The translations under genes and the position numbers were made by a program. A stretch of 64,000 bases of DNA, taken from Octopus vulgaris. Taxonomy: Eukaryota. Below the pieces are notes generated by a model. The model ran no database searches. It was not told the origin of the DNA and saw only the letters and a program-made list of their open reading frames with translations. Shown piece by piece: positions 12,071 through 24,618 of this stretch. The number at the start of each line of letters is the position of its first letter. Within the stretch, counting starts at the first letter, position 1. The stretch is from NCBI GenBank assembly GCA_951406725.2, contig OX597826.1, forward strand, positions 38,440,001 through 38,504,000. The letters run 5' to 3'.

Positions 12071-12181
12071 TATATAGCATGGCCATACTATGTAAATATT
12101 GAAAGGAATTTCATGTCTGAAAATTGATAATCTTATTAACATTAATTAATCTCATCCAATTAAATGTATACAATTAAATAC

Positions 12182-12310
12182 CTGAATGTTAAGGTGAGAA
12201 ATCATCTTTTCATTGGCTCTGTTTTTGACCTCAAGGGCCAATGTATCTGATGGTCGGCCTCCACTCAACATTTTGTTTAATCTGTCTATTTCATCATCTC
12301 TTGCAGAAAC
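12182..12310 (-). CDS. CEP135: CEP135 coding exon 4
   Basis: attttag|GTT TCT...ATT CAG|gtattt; 129 nt, phase 0-0; VSARDDEIDRLNKMLSGGRPSDTLALEVKNRANEKMISHLNIQ matches CEP135 'EREIERLSVALDGGRSPDVLSLESRNKTNEKLIAHLNIQ'. Absent from the ORF track. Confidence 0.93.
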
Positions 12311-13778
12311 CTAAAATAGATTTTAAGCAACAGAAAAATCAAAAATACAAGTTTAGATCAACAGAACTTCTACAATTTCAAAATAGAATAATCACAAATG
12401 AATAAGATGGGTTCAGCAGGGGTATATAAGTTCCAGGTGTGTTGAATGGGCAAAGATAGTTAAATATTCTTTATGATAATCCTGTTCTTACAATACCATG
12501 ATATAACCTGGTTGTAATCTGTCTTTGAGTCTAATAAAGTACTCTTAGAAAGAAAAACTGTGTATTTATATCTATGCCATAGTTGTAAATCCAAAACAGT
12601 GACACACCCAGTGATAAAACTCATTACATACAACTGAACTTGAGATTAACTTGTGGCATTATTGAAATGATGACACCCATTGTTTTATTCTGAAGTTTGG
12701 TAAAAACATTAGAATTCTTCAGCTTTACAATCACAGTGTTGACTTTGATAATTCCTTTCAGTTCTTGCTGAGAAGATCTGCCATTTACTAGGGAGATAAA
12801 TGTAATAAACAACTGCAATTTTTACACATATCCTACTACATAGCTCATCATATTAAGTATGTTAGCCAGGACTTAACTTATGTTCTTCATGCAGAAGACA
12901 CCCCTTGGAATTTTTTTCTGATTGTCACTGTCATGAAAGTAGTGTCCTTTTCCTATCTTCTATTAAAACATGTCTGGTCATTGGGGAAAAATTACTTTAT
13001 TTGAAGACATGAGGTATGGGTTGGTAACAGGAAGGGCATCTGGCTGTAGTAATCTACTTTAACAAATTCTGCCTGACCCATGAAAGCATGGAAAAGTAGA
13101 TGTTAGATGACAACGATGATGATGATCACAATTTCTTTTTGCCAATCATCCAATATTCAGACATAGTAACAGGTTCGTTAAAATCTCTCGCGCTTGATCA
13201 ATAAGTCACAAGTCCAACTCTACTTCAAGAATCACATTTATTCTTAACCAGTCCCTGCAATCTCCTTAAAGGCTGTTCCCTTATTCAGATTTTTAATTTG
13301 AAAATTCATCCAGACATAAAAAAAAATTACACCACTATATAAATGGCTTCTTATCTTTTGTGTGTCAATCTTTAGCTCTTGCAGACATAAAAAAAAGGTG
13401 ATGAAATTAATGGTTAAGAAAATTTTAAGCTTAGAACAAATTTTCAACACATTTTCATGAACAATCAGTTTCATTATTTTGGTTTTCTTCCTTCAACGGT
13501 TGATGTCTATAAAGGTACCAAATGCTGTAGTGTCACCATCAACAAGGTGTTTCAGACTAATTTGAATTAGCTTAAGTGTGTGAGGATGCATGGCTTAGGG
13601 ATTAGGAGTGGTGGGTTTACAGTCATAAGGTCATGGGTTCAATTCTCAGACTGGGCAGTGTGTTGCATCCTTGAGCAAGTCACATCATTTCACACTGCCC
13701 CAGTCTAGTCTGCTAAAAATGAGCCATAGACAAGTGCTGAGGCAGCCTTCACTTCCTGCAGTCACATCCCAGCTGCTG

Positions 13779-13989
13779 GATCAAAGGGTGCAAGGGTCAA
13801 AAGGGTGGGTATGTTTGCTTCTAATGGCATTGCTCTTGTGTGTGTGTGTGTGTGTGTACAGATACACACATACATACACATATATATATGTTCCTGAAAT
13901 GTTTTAGAATTCAATCTTGATGCAGTGGAAAATTGGTATATAAAGAGGACTGGCATATACATACATACCCACCCTTGCACCCTTTGATC
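13779..13989. mobile_element. MITE-like inverted-repeat element
   Basis: GATCAAAGGGTGCAAGGGT...GGGTATGT at left is mirrored by ACATACCCACCCTTGCACCCTTTGATC at right; internal motif gttttagaattca...tgcagtggaaaattg recurs at ~15701-15735. No TSD found. Confidence 0.5.
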
Positions 13990-13996
13990 ATTAACA

Positions 13997-14116
13997 ACTT
14001 ACGACCATATCATGTTAAAAGCACTGATTCTCATCCAATCGCTGAAGTTAAGCAACATCGAGCCTAGTGAGTACTTAGATGGGTAACCGCTTGGGAAACC
14101 TAGGTGCTGTAAGCAT
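13997..14116 (+). pseudogene. Dispersed 5S rRNA pseudogene (120 nt)
   Basis: Collinear with metazoan 5S: CTTACGACCATATC...GAAGTTAAGC (box A)...AGTACTTAGATGGGTAACC (box C)...GGTGCTGTAAGC; several CpG-type transitions; no oligo-T terminator. Confidence 0.88.
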
Positions 14117-14295
14117 CACACTTAGGTGTAGGAGTGGCTGTGTGGTAAGTAGCTTGCTTACAAACCGTATGGTTCCGGGTTCATTCCCACTGTGTGGCAC
14201 CTTGGCCAAGTGTCTTCTACTATAGCCTCGGGCCAACCAAAGCCTTGTGAGTGGATTTGGTAGATGGAAACTGAAAGAAGCCCATTGTATATATA

Positions 14296-15007
14296 ATAAG
14301 GCATTTCAATAGAACATCTTTATCCCTGAGAACTACCGGGAACACCAGCTAGTTTATCCTCCCTCTCCCCATCCCCCTCCTCTCTACCCCTCTCACTCTC
14401 CCCACAACCCCCAGCAGAACCCACACCCCACTCTCACTCCCCACAACATCATACCACACTGCACTACACCATACAACATTACACATCACATCACAACACA
14501 CCGCCCACATTACACATCACATCACAACACACCACCCACAGCACACTGCCCACACACCCATCCCCACATCTTTACACCTACACATACATACACATATCAT
14601 ATCACAACACACCACCCACACACCCATCCCCATATCTCCACACCCACAAATACATACACACGTCCAGACCACCAGCCCTCTTTCACACGCACATACATAC
14701 TCTCTTATACACACATGCACCTTCATGTTGGGGCGAAGTCACTTGACCCTGTTATCTCCCCTACTATCCCTCTAGCGTCTAACCTCTGACTTCTGCCTGA
14801 AGTCAGAACGCCATAATAGACCGTTAGCTCCTACACACATTTTTTTCTCTCCTTGTTTCTTTTCTGTGTATCTTTCTGTCGAAGAGCGTAGGCTCGAAAC
14901 GTAAAAGACTTGTTCTATTTCTATTCCTGAGCGCCATACTAATACATTTGTTTGTTTGTACTCCACCTGCCTTCGTCTTTTGTTTATTTTCATAAACCTT
15001 CCCGTTA
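14296..15007 (+). mobile_element. Penelope-like pseudo-LTR fragment carrying a minimal hammerhead motif
   Basis: Inserted in the (TA)n tract of the SINE; CA-rich low-complexity part followed by the hammerhead fold at 14871-14908. Penelope assignment is inferred from ribozyme type only. Confidence 0.5.
14871..14908 (+). ncRNA. Minimal type I hammerhead ribozyme-like motif (core variant CUGUCGA)
   Basis: TCTTT / CTGTCGA-A / GAGC-gtag-GCTC / GAAA-C-GTA / AAAGA: 5-bp helix I, 4-bp helix II, palindromic ACGT helix III, GUA triplet. Confidence 0.6.
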
Positions 15008-15866
15008 TATATATGTGTGTGTATATGTTTATGTGTCTGTATTTGTCCCCCCAACATCACTTGACAACCGATGCTGGTGTGTTTACATCCCCGTAATTTA
15101 GTGGTTCAGCAAAGAGACCGATAGAATAAGTACTAGGCTTACAAAGAATAAGTCCTGGGGTCAATTTGCTCAACTAAAGGCAGTGCTCCAGCATGGCCAC
15201 AGTCAAATGACTGAAATGAGTAAAAGAGTGAAACCTGTCAGTTTGTCTTCACCACAAACTACTTGAAAAGGCCCTCAATTGGGACCCTAATTCCACAGCA
15301 AGTTTAAAATACATAAGGATATGACTATTTATATGTATTTCCTTTTTATTTGTTTCCAATCAATTTTGGATGCTTGTGGTTTTTGCACAAATCACTTTAC
15401 TCCATGAAAATGATGAATAATTAAATATCTTTATATTGTAGTGATCATACAATGGCTATAAATGTTTTCGTTTTTGTGTGATTGTGTTCTTAAATAACTA
15501 AACAGACTCTCCCACAATTGATTTTACGTAAGATCTCAGTTCAAGTTAGCAAACAGCTACAGTTGTCGTTTATCTTTATATTGATTTCTTCTTTGACCAA
15601 CCCCAAAAACTTAACGTTTTTGCTCTTTAAACGCTGTATGTATATTTGATTAATTCATATCCAGTGTCTGAGATGGATAAATAATTAGTGTGCCTGTAAA
15701 GTTTTAGAATTCAGTTTCAATGCAGTGGAAAATTGAGATGTGCAGATATATGGCCACATACATACTTAAGTACCAGTTAAGTCAATAATTACTTTTAAAA
15801 GACTTCTGCTTTTCCTGGTTCTTTTCCTTATATTTGTGCAGTAATCCCCAACTTTACTTTGTTAGC

Positions 15867-15984
<118 letters not shown>

Positions 15985-15991
15985 CATATAT

Positions 15992-16242
15992 ATCATCATC
16001 ATCATCGTTTAACGTCCGTTTTCCGCGCTAGCACGGGTTGGGCGGTTCGACCGGGGTCTGGGAAGCCAGGGGCTGCACCAGGCTCCAGTCTGATCTGGCA
16101 GTGTTTCTACAGCTGGATGCCCTTCCTAACGCCTACGACTCCGCGAGTGTAGTGGGTGCTTTTTACGTGCCACCTACACAGGTGCCAGGGGTGGTCTGGC
16201 ATCGGCCATGATCGGTTGGTGCTTTTAACATGCCACCAGCAC
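15992..16242 (-). mobile_element. SINE family B 3' part with (GAT)n tail
   Basis: (CAT)n-CGTTTAACGTCCG...CTGGATGCCCTTCCTAACGCC...GTGCTTTTTACGTGCCACC; related copies at ~6805-6930, 13020-13125, 18376-18562, 20510-20850, 25925-26128, 29845-30230, 30571-31066, 35455-35640, 38150-38400, 39170-39345, 39668-39838, 56995-57220. Confidence 0.8.
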
Positions 16243-16249
16243 GATATAC

Positions 16250-16284
<35 letters not shown>

Positions 16285-19200
16285 TATATATCACGTGATA
16301 TACATATATATATATACATATACACCAAATATAATGTCAAGTATTCATCAGCTAAATCACATATATGTTTTCCAAACATCCTAGAGAGTGTAAATATCCT
16401 TATGAAGTATTAGGAGTGAGTTCTATGAATTTGAAGTAAGATTATAAGCAGACTTTATATGTTTTCCAACAATGCACAGTTTTTAAAATGATTATTAACT
16501 TCTCAGAGAAGGTATATCCATCCATAAAGATGCAGATATAAGTTCCAGGAGACATGAGGAAAGATACTGGTCACACACCGGTTCAGTTCACATCTAACTG
16601 TTGCAGACAGAATTTTATAGTAGCAAGAAAGACAGCGAGGTAGGTTTAGCCAAAGTAAAGGCCATTATGGGAGGAAAAGAGTGGGGGAGCTGAGTCAGAA
16701 TTTCCAACCATGAGTACTGAGTGGTTTGACCAAGTGGATTAGTAAGTGGTTGAGTATTCCACAGACGTGTACTGTTAATATTATACACTGGCAAAATCAG
16801 TATGACACAATGTGTGACAAACAAGGTTGGGTTAGATCTACTTAACAGGCTTCCATACAGTTTCCACCAACTCAGTTTCATTCATGAGATAGGGGTCGAC
16901 CCAAGGCTGTAGAAAATGACATTTGTCTAAGACACCATGCAGTGAGATTGAACTTAGAAACCAGGTGGTTATGATGTAAACATTTTAACCATTCAGCCAT
17001 GTCTAGACAGGTAATCCTCCTCACCACCACCACCACTATCATCATTATCATCGTTGTTGTTTCAACATCCACTTTCCCCTCAGAATTCAACAAGGTAGTC
17101 TTCCTACAGCCCTTCTTTTCACCAAGTCTCACCTGTTTCCAAGCGAGGAAATATTTCCCTGCGGCCAGACATGCTTTCAAAGAAATTGGAAACAAATGCC
17201 ACTTGTAAGATGGCATTGTGTCATGTCAAAACAAGGAAACAAAAACACACACATGATGGGCTTCTTTCAGTTTCCATCTAATAATTCCATTCATAAGGTA
17301 CTGGCCAACCTGGAGCAATAGAAGAAGGCAACTGTCCAAGATGCCACACAGTGAACTGAACCCACAGCCATGTGGTTGACAAGCAAATCTGTTAACCACA
17401 CAACCACACCTACACATAATATGTACGTTCATTTATCACACGTCCTTGGAAAGATATTGAGTACAACAGAAGAACAATTAATGAGATATGAATGAGTCAG
17501 TTGTGAGGTACAAACACAACTAATATACAGTCTCACATATGTAATGTAGTGAATTGAAACAGATTAAATGAGATTATCCTTGCAATAAGTAGGCAAAGTC
17601 TCCCACCAAGGATATATAGAAATCTACATATAACCAAGGAAGATATCTACAATATCAGTGATAATGAATGAAGACTTGTAGTTTGGATGAAAGTATAAAA
17701 GAAGAGCAACAAGGGCTGAAGAGAAAGGGGTCAACCCAATAAATGCTGGATAAGCAGTCACAAAGCCACAAATTGAATTCAGATAATAATATCAGTGATA
17801 ACATCTGAATGGTGATGTAGCATGTGTATATTTGTGTGTGTACTTATGTGTGCATGCAAGTATGTACATGTGAGTGAATAGATATATACATACATATATA
17901 TATATATATATATAGGAAAGAGAGTGGGGTTGGAACAGATAAGTCAATAGTGGAAGACTATTTTATTATAGGTGTTGTAACTATGGAAACATAACTTTAG
18001 AGGGAGATGGAAGAATAAGATGTCTATTTTATAGGAATAGAAAGTAACTGGAAGAGAGAGAGGGGGAGGGAGGGAGGTAGCCTATAGATTTATCTACAGA
18101 AGTTTATTTTGAAATCTGGTTACTATTGTTTAGAGTGCCATAGGAAAGAACAGAGATGCAGCAAAGAGACTCAGTTGGGTGATGGGGAACAGAATAAATT
18201 GAATGATGGAGGAGAGACTCAGTCAAGTGTTAGACAAAATACTTTCCAGTCATTCTATATTATGAGTTCAAGCCCCACTTTGGTCAATAAAAGAAATGTT
18301 ACTTCAGGACTGGATTCATTATAATCAACTATGTCCCTCGTTAAAATCCATAGATTTGTGCCGATGTAATATATCATCATCATCATCATCATCATCGTTT
18401 AGCGTCCGTTTTCCATGCTAGCATGGGTTGGACGGTTCTACTGGGGTCTGTGAAGCCAGAAGGCTTCATCAGGCCCAGTCAAATCTGGCAGTGTTTCTAT
18501 GGCTGGATGCCCTTCCTAACGCCAACCACTCCGTGAGTGTAGTGGGTGCTTTTTACGTGCCGTTAATTATTATTTAATAATTTAGCAGTTAAGCAGGCCA
18601 TATCCAGCCCAAATAGTCTATCCTTGTTATGTTCAAACTAGCCAGATCCAGCCTCTCACACTTATCCTACAAGGTCACACTAAAAATAAATACTACATCA
18701 TCAAAATCTTGAAGCTTCAAGATAATGAATGATTAATTCAAAATATCATGAATAAATAAGCAATATGCTCGTTAGAGTAATCTGAATGCTAACGAGTAAA
18801 TTTTGGAAGGGTTGGCTTAGCAACTGCAAAGGTCCATGATCCTTTGTAAATTGATAAAGTTGATGAGGTTAATATTTTACTAGAAAGTCTGCAACTTTCT
18901 GTCTGGGCCAAGAAGGAAGAATTTCCAGAGGATTTCCAGGTGTGTGGAGGAGGGTCAGTTTGTGGAGGAAGGCTTGAGCAAAGTATTAATAACAAGGATC
19001 TAGAAGAGGCAGTGCATTGGGTGAGCTTTGGTAGAGGTGGGGTATAACTTGCTTGTTCACAGGAGCCACAGTTGCCGTAGTAGCATTGAAGGTACAGAGA
19101 GAGAGAGTCTGGTGTGGAGGAAGGGAGTGGTTTTTGTGGGGTGTCAGTGAGTGCCGGGGGTTTTCTGAGAGACAAGATATCAACACACATCTAATCCATC

Positions 19201-20842
19201 CATTTAGCCACTACAACTTCTCCATTCAGATTCAGTGATAATGAATGAGAAGAAACAGCCCCAACACTACCATCATCATCATAGTCATCATTATTGCCAT
19301 CATCACCATGACAATCAACAGTGATAGAAACATTAATCTAATTTATTAAGTAAACAATTGGTTTAATGAATGACTGGTTGTCAGAAGAAAGAAGAGCAGT
19401 AAGAGACAGTGGGGGTGGGAGACTGAGAAAAAGAGAAGTAGTAGTAATAGTAAGGGAGAATGGGGGAACAAAACAGGGTGTAACAAAAGACTTGTTGTTT
19501 AACCCCCATCCTGATCCCCCACCCCACCACCCCACGCCTCATCATGTACACATATGGTCCAATGTATTCTTTTTCCTGTTTTCAAGACAGGAGAATGTGA
19601 TTAGGAGAGATTTCGCTGCTATGTCTAGCAGGTTAAGTAACTATGTAGAGATGCCATTGTTGGCCTGAGACCAGAAGGGAGGGGAGGGGGTAAATAAAGA
19701 AGCCAAAGAAAAGCATTGAAGAGAGAGAGAGGGAAGGAGGGAGGAGACTGCTTCTAAGGTGAAAAACAAGATGTGATGGTGGGAGGGGGGTTCACAAAAG
19801 AAGGGTTTTGTCAAAAGAAAAATGTTTTCTGAGGTGGGAGGAATTAAATCAAACTAAGGACCAAATAAGAAGGGGGTGGAGGGGGCATTAATGACAAAGA
19901 GGAGAGAAAGTGGAGAAAATGAAAGCCTCCACCTCCTCTTGTTATTATTACTACTAATATGAGCCAAAAGGAGCCTCTATGTGGTCACTGCATCTGAAAG
20001 AAATAGCAGCTGAACTTTCTGCAAATCATAGCCTACAATCTTTAAAAGAATATGACATGGAAATGTGATTCTGAGCTCCCAGCACAAAGGGAAAAATGCA
20101 GGATGGTCATGGCTGGAATGCCTATGATTACAATCAACTTGATCAGGCTTAGCCTATGGTTAAACAATATACCTGCTGGCTTTATAATATTTTAAATCCA
20201 TTTATTGATTTAAATCTCTAGTTTTTTTTGCAATGAAATGGTCTTCCCCATTGGGTAACCCCTTAGTCGTCTCCCTTGCTTGCAAACATCAAGAAATTGA
20301 TCTTTTAAAAAATTATCTCCCCTTTTTCTTTGAGAGTCACTAAGGATTGTCACTAGGCATTTGTTTTCCTTTTCCAGTTATAAGGGAACAAATATTAATT
20401 ATGAATTTATTTACGTACAATATTCAGTCCATCATCCTTTAACTTAATCATCCAATCTTAAGTCATTAGTCCATTTCAGTTATTTCCCTTGGCTCATATA
20501 TCTTCATTATGATCATTTAATGTCTGTTTTCTGTGCTATCATGGGTTGGATGGTTTGACAGGAGCTAGTAAGGCCAGGAACTGCACCAGATTCCATTGTC
20601 TGTTTTGGTCTGGTTTCTACAGCTGGATGCCCTTTGTAATGCCAACCATTTTACAGAATATACTGGGTGCTTTTCCCGTGACACCATCACCAGTGCCTTA
20701 CATGTGGCACCATCACTAACAGGATCACAACATAGCTTGCAAGACAAAACCCCCTCAACTAGAAGAGGGTTAGCTTTGTGTCATTTGAGAGATTAGAGGT
20801 ACAGAGGGGTAGGGATAGGTACCTTGTTGTAGAGTAGAAACA

Positions 20843-22412
20843 TGGATACCCCAGGTGGTAAAGAAAGGCGAATGATACCATAGGTAGAAAAGGTGAGGGA
20901 GTGAGAGCTACACCAGGTGGAAAAGAAAGGTGAGAGAGTGAGGGCAACACCAGGTAGAAAAGAAAGGGAAGGGAGTGAGGTATATTCCAGGTGTAAAAGA
21001 AAGGTGAGGGATACCCCTGGTGGAAAAGAAAGGTGAGTGAGTAAGGGATACCCCAGATGGAAAAGAAACGTGAGGGATACCCCAGGTGGAAAAGAAAGGT
21101 GAGGGAGTGTGGGATACACCAGGTGTAAAAGAAAGGTGAGGGAGTGAGGGATACCCCAGGTGGAAAAGAAAGGTGAGTGAGTAAGGGATACCCCAGATGG
21201 AAAAGAAACGTGAGGGATACCCCAGGTGGAAAAGAAAGGTGAGGGAGTGTGGGATACCCCAGGTGTAAAAGAAAGGTGAGGGAGTGAGGGATACCCCAGG
21301 TGGAAAAGAAAGGTGAGGGAGTGAGGGATACCCCAGGTGGAAAAGAAAGGTGAGGGAGTGAGGGATACCCCAGGTGGAAAAGAAAGGTGAGGGAGTGAGG
21401 GATACCCCAGGTGGAAAAGAAAGGTGAGGGAGTGAGGGATACCCCAGGTGGAAAGAAAGGTGAGGGAGTGAGGGATACCCTAGGTGGAAAAGAAAGGTGA
21501 GGGAGTGAGGGCTACAACAGGTGTAAAAGAAAGGTGAGGAAGTGAGGGATACCCCAGGTGGAAAAGAAAGGTGAGGGAGTGAGGGATACCCCAGGTGGAA
21601 AGAAAGGTGAGGGAGTGAGGGATACCCCAGGTGGAAAAGAAAGGTGAGGGAGTGAGGGATACCCCAGGTGTAAAAGAAAGGTGAGGAAGTGAGGGATACC
21701 CCAGGTGGAAAAGAAAGGTGAGGGAGTGAGGGATACCCCAGGTGGAAAAGAAAGGTGAGTAAGGGATACCCCAGATGGAAAAGAAACGTGAGGGATACCC
21801 CAGGTGGAAAAGAAAGGTGAGGGAGTGTGGGATACCCCAGGTGTAAAAGAAAGGTGAGGGAGTGAGGGATACCCCAGGTGGAAAAGAAAGGTGAGGGAGT
21901 GAGGGATACCCCAGGTGGAAAAGAAAGGTGAGGGAGTGAGGGATACCCCAGGTGGAAAAGAAAGGTGAGGGAGTGAGGGATACCCCAGGTGGTAAAAGAA
22001 AGGTGAGGGAGTGAGGGATACCCCAGGTGGAAAAGAAAGGTGAGGGAGTGAGGGATACCCCAGGTGGAAAGAAAGGTGAGGGAGTGAGGGATACCCTAGG
22101 TGGAAAAGAAAGGTGAGGGAGTGAGGGCTACAACAGGTGTAAAAGAAAGGTGAGGGAGTGAGGGATACCCCAGGTGGAAAAGAAAGGTGAGGGAGTGAGG
22201 GATACCCCAGGTGGAAAAGAAAGGTGAGGAAGTGAGGGATACCCCAGGTGTAAAAGAAAGGTGAGGAAGTGAGGGATACCCCAGGTGGAAAAGAAAGGTG
22301 AGGGAGTGAGGGCTACAACAGGTGGAAAAGAAAGGTGAAGGAGTGAGGGGTACACCAGGTGGAAAAGAAAAGTGAGGGCATGAGGGATACTCCAGGTGGA
22401 AGAGAAAGGTGA
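20843..22412. repeat. 37-bp purine-rich minisatellite, roughly 40 units
   Basis: Consensus CAGGTGGAAAAGAAAGGTGAGGGAGTGAGGGATACCC (period 37, e.g. 21301 to 21338), with shortened variants and degenerate edges. Confidence 0.97.
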
Positions 22413-24398
22413 GTAAAGAGAGCAGGTAAGTGAGAGGGTAAGATAAAGAGGAAGATAGTGGGAGAGATAGTGGAAAAGCTGATATGGGAGATGCCCCTGG
22501 AGGACATTGGGGTGAGGGGAGTAAGTGAGGTGATACAGAGGTTTGGACTGGGTGAGTGGGCAGGATAGAGGTGGCTATAGCAATGATGGCATGAAATAGA
22601 GGAGAGGCTCAGGAGCAGAAGTTGCAGAAGATATGTGAGGGCATTAAGGGTGATTAACAGATAAGCAAGGTGTTAATGATCGAGTACAGTGTGGGGGAGG
22701 GGAGTAAAGCAGGAGGTGATTGGTGGAGATAATGGGAAATGGAAGTGGTTTGGGGTGGAAGAAAAAGGGTAACTGAGAAAGCAGGGGGTGTGGTATGAGC
22801 CTATTCTGCATTTTTGAAACAGTGGATCTCAAAGCAGATGATAAAGCTACATGTAAATACTGATAGAACGTTTGTCATATTTACAGGAGACATGGGTTCA
22901 CGTTCCACGGGAAGCCTTCAACTTTTTCTATCCAAGGTGGTTTTTAAGCTCAGTATTTTAACACGCTATTATTTACAGCTTTATCTTGTTTCTATCTCCA
23001 CTATTCCATAAAAAGAGAATTATTTCACATTCTTTCAAAGTTTATAAGTGCTTTCAACAATTTTTGGATATGTTAATCACTCAACTGTGAAGCAACAAGT
23101 TGATTCCTGTTCTTTCTTGTTTCTGTAACCAAACAAGCAAACAGAAAGAAGCAGTTTATGAACGTTTATAAGATGCACAACATTATAAACTAGAATGAGG
23201 TCTCAACTTCATGGTCAGTAGTCCAGTGCATTAACCACTCATTGTGCTTTTCAACAAGGGATATTTCACGACAAGGGGTAGCGAACACACACATATACAT
23301 GGTCAATGGCATTGAAAGACCTCAGGCAACAGAGAGCAGCAAGGACTCTATAGTCATACAGAAGTACAAGCCAACCTCACCAATGCTGGTGCTAAGATAA
23401 TATAATGTACCCAGTACACTATTAAAAGTAATAGGCAAACAAACAGAAACAAAATAAGGTCCCTGAGGATGTGAGAACTTTTTTAGTGCGGTTAGAACTA
23501 TGAAGAACACCTAGTCTGTAAAATGATTGGTGTAAAATGATTGGCAACCAGCCAACAAGACATAAAAATCAAGTCAAAACTGGAAAATACAAGTGAGAAA
23601 TGGTCCTGTAATCCATTTAGGAGTTGGGGTGAGCGCAGTTACTTGGAATAAAACTTAATTCAGACCTTGATGACCTAACCAACCCACACCTGTAGGGAAA
23701 GGTGACATCATCATGGTAAACACACACACACACAAATACACACATACATACACACACAGAGCAGGCTTCTACACAGTTTTTCACAACCAACTTCGAAATT
23801 TCATACACCAGGATTGAACCTACAAAGACAGGATTACAACCCTAGCTTCTTAACCACACAGCTATAACCACATGATGTAAGTTATGACCAGAACAGTAGC
23901 CCACTGGGCAATGTGTGTGTTTCGTGTTTCTCACCACTCAGAGTTCAAAATCACACAGAAATCAATAAATTTATATCAAGTACAAGAAATTAATGAATAA
24001 TATACAGTAATATATTGGGGGTTAGATACTCCAATCCTTCTCTGTTCTCTCTTAAAATTAATCAAGTATCTTATTAACATATTAATTCATATTAAAAATA
24101 TTTCATTGTTAACATAGAAAAAAGAATTGTGTATGTATGTATGTGTGTGTATGTGTGTATGTATGTATCTACACACCTACACCCAGTGCGGCATACCAAT
24201 AGTGGATACCTGCTTTCACACAAAATATATGCATGAATGTCTCTATGTACAGATGTGCGTGCACACGCGCACACACACACACACACACACATGCATATGC
24301 TAATGTTTGTTTATATGTTCAGTTATAATAAAAACAGTTTTACATTAATCTGATGGCTTACTCCTTACTTTTGTAGAGAATAAATTTATCGTTCTTAA

Positions 24399-24618
24399 CC
24401 CTTTAGTGTTCAGATTACTCTGTTAAATGTAATACTTTTCCACTCAAATTGTTTTTAATTAATCATTTATTATGTTATAGCTTTGAGGTTTCAATGACGT
24501 GATTGTTTATTTTTAGAATGTCAATGTAAGTTAGGTGTGAGAGGCTAGATATGGCCAGTTTTAATATAAAACATGTAGAATATTTGGGCCAGATATGGCC
24601 GGTTTAAACACTAAAGGG
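24399..24618. mobile_element. piggyBac-type MITE (second family)
   Basis: TTAA|CCCTTTAGTGTT ... AACACTAAAGGG|TTAA; end-decayed reverse copies at ~18580-18790 and ~56455-56660. Confidence 0.85.

Larger units (their letters stand above)
14123..15230 (+). mobile_element. tRNA-derived SINE family A copy, split by a ~710-bp insertion
   Basis: Head GGAGTGGCTGTGTGGTAAG...GGTTCATTCCC and body to ~14295; 3' half resumes at ~15008 and ends CAGTCAAATGACTGAAA...; collinear with the intact copy at 48545-48955. Confidence 0.85.

Noticed and set aside
18789-19200. 133-aa minus-strand ORF
   Set aside because: Low-complexity, probably a decayed LINE fragment; no conserved domain or splice support.
20843-22412. 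CRISPR-like 37-bp periodic array
   Set aside because: Units are contiguous without unique spacers, there are no cas genes, and the context is eukaryotic.
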